Below, piece after piece: positions 15,915 through 16,766 of a stretch of 16,766 bases of DNA. Location: the NCBI GenBank assembly GCA_052039915.1, contig JBQGEZ010000862.1:1-16766 (forward strand), given 5' to 3'. Below the pieces are notes generated by a model. It did not search any database, was not told the origin of the DNA, and saw only the letters and a program-made list of their open reading frames with translations. Made by a program: the position numbers and the translations under genes. This DNA comes from [Archangium] primigenium (GTDB lineage: Bacteria; Myxococcota; Myxococcia; Myxococcales; Myxococcaceae). The stretch's first letter is position 1. Each line of letters opens with the position of its first letter.

Positions 15915-16766
15915 ATGAAGGGCACGGAACCTCTCGTCCAGGAGACATCAGAGAGGCTTCGCGAGGTCACCTCATTTCTAAAAAGGTTTCTAGACACTAC
16001 AAAACCGGCATTACTATCCAACAACATCCTAAAAAAGATAAGCATCCGCCTAGAAGACGTCAGCGCCGCAACAAACGCGTTCATGGCAACCCAAGACAAA
16101 AATTACATACAGGCAACAAATGACAGAATAGACGACCTCCTGGAAGCCATACCCAGCACATTCACCAACAACCCCAAGGACGCTCTAGCCAACCTACAAA
16201 ACACAGTGGAGTCTCTCCAAAAAGCATACGGCAACCTCCTCAAAAAAACAAAAGAACAAAACGAAGAAGCGACACACTCCATCGCACAGATCAATCAAAA
16301 CATACACGCAGCCAGACGCGATGCAATATCATTCCACGACTCACTCCTGACCTCAAACACAAAACTACTGGCCGACCTGCAACTTCAGTTCTCCAAAGCA
16401 CAGGAACAACGATTGGTGGAATTCAGCCAGTTAACCAAGGAGCTAAACGACACTCACACGCAAATACTGGGTGAACTCAAGGAATTCAACCAAGCAGCCA
16501 TCGAAGCCGCAAAAAAAGAAGCCGAATCGGTTATAAGCGAAATAAAACAAACGACAGACAACAGACTAAGCAAAACAATAACTAGCGCAGAAAAAACAGC
16601 ATTAGAGATAGCCGAACACAACGAACAGGCCAAAAAACTTCTGGGCATAATAGGAAACACTGCGATAACAAGCGGGTATAGCGCAGTAGCCAATATTGCA
16701 TCGAAAGAACGCCGGACCTGGCAAGCATTCGCAATAACCACGATGCTTGGATTGGCCGCCTTTGCC
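15915..16766 (+). CDS. Partial ORF (at least 284 codons, no stop before the window end) encoding an alpha-helical/coiled-coil protein with a C-terminal hydrophobic segment; composition foreign to the host. Not in the ORF track because there is no in-window stop.
   Basis: By hand translation this frame is open from 15810 to 16766. ATG at 15915 gives MKGTEPLVQETSERLREVTSFLKRFLDTTKPALLSNNILKKISIRLEDVSAATNAFMATQDKNYIQATNDRIDDLLEAIP...AEHNEQAKKLLGIIGNTAITSGYSAVANIASKERRTWQAFAITTMLGLAAFA. An alternative TTG at 15828 has GAGGA 5 nt upstream. About 45% GC with about 45-50% A on the sense strand. Third positions are almost exclusively A or C (ATA, CTA, ACA, CAA, AAA, GAA, GCA, AAC, GAC). The minus-strand mini-ORFs here (16103..16294, 16454..16741) are noise. 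Confidence 0.5.
   Translation, partial: MKGTEPLVQETSERLREVTSFLKRFLDTTKPALLSNNILKKISIRLEDVSAATNAFMATQDKNYIQATNDRIDDLLEAIPSTFTNNPKDALANLQNTVESLQKAYGNLLKKTKEQNEEATHSIAQINQNIHAARRDAISFHDSLLTSNTKLLADLQLQFSKAQEQRLVEFSQLTKELNDTHTQILGELKEFNQAAIEAAKKEAESVISEIKQTTDNRLSKTITSAEKTALEIAEHNEQAKKLLGIIGNTAITSGYSAVANIASKERRTWQAFAITTMLGLAAFA

Noticed and set aside
1-16766. CRISPR arrays, tRNA/rRNA genes, IS elements or integrases
   Set aside because: No regularly spaced direct repeats, no tRNA-like cloverleaf candidates and no transposase or integrase-like translations were seen in any frame.

Overview
This is a high-GC (~68-72%) bacterial window whose gene content resembles a Myxococcales (deltaproteobacterial/myxobacterial) chromosome. 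The six-frame track is dominated by long antisense 'shadow' ORFs typical of high-GC DNA. The genes I can support by reading the translations are:
- An envelope/LPS block on the minus strand: a partial DUF4388-like gene, a DsbA-like thioredoxin lipoprotein and lpxC.
- A recombination block: yebC-ruvC-ruvA, then about 5.6 kb of unrelated genes, then ruvB with an overlapping hypothetical gene.
- Within that 5.6 kb gap: a divergent TraR/DksA zinc-finger gene, a full-architecture major vault protein (MVP) homolog on the minus strand followed by two small unknown genes of lower GC, and a convergent MBL-like gene.
- After the ruv block: an atypical receiver + DUF4388 gene and a divergent outer-membrane beta-barrel gene.

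The main candidate for something new is the MVP locus, a bacterial vault-shell protein with two co-oriented unknown partners, apparently inserted into the ruv operon. A second striking anomaly is an abrupt switch at 15810 to A+C-rich, ~45% GC sequence that begins exactly at a GAATTC site. It carries a stop-free partial ORF running to the window end with codon usage entirely alien to the host.
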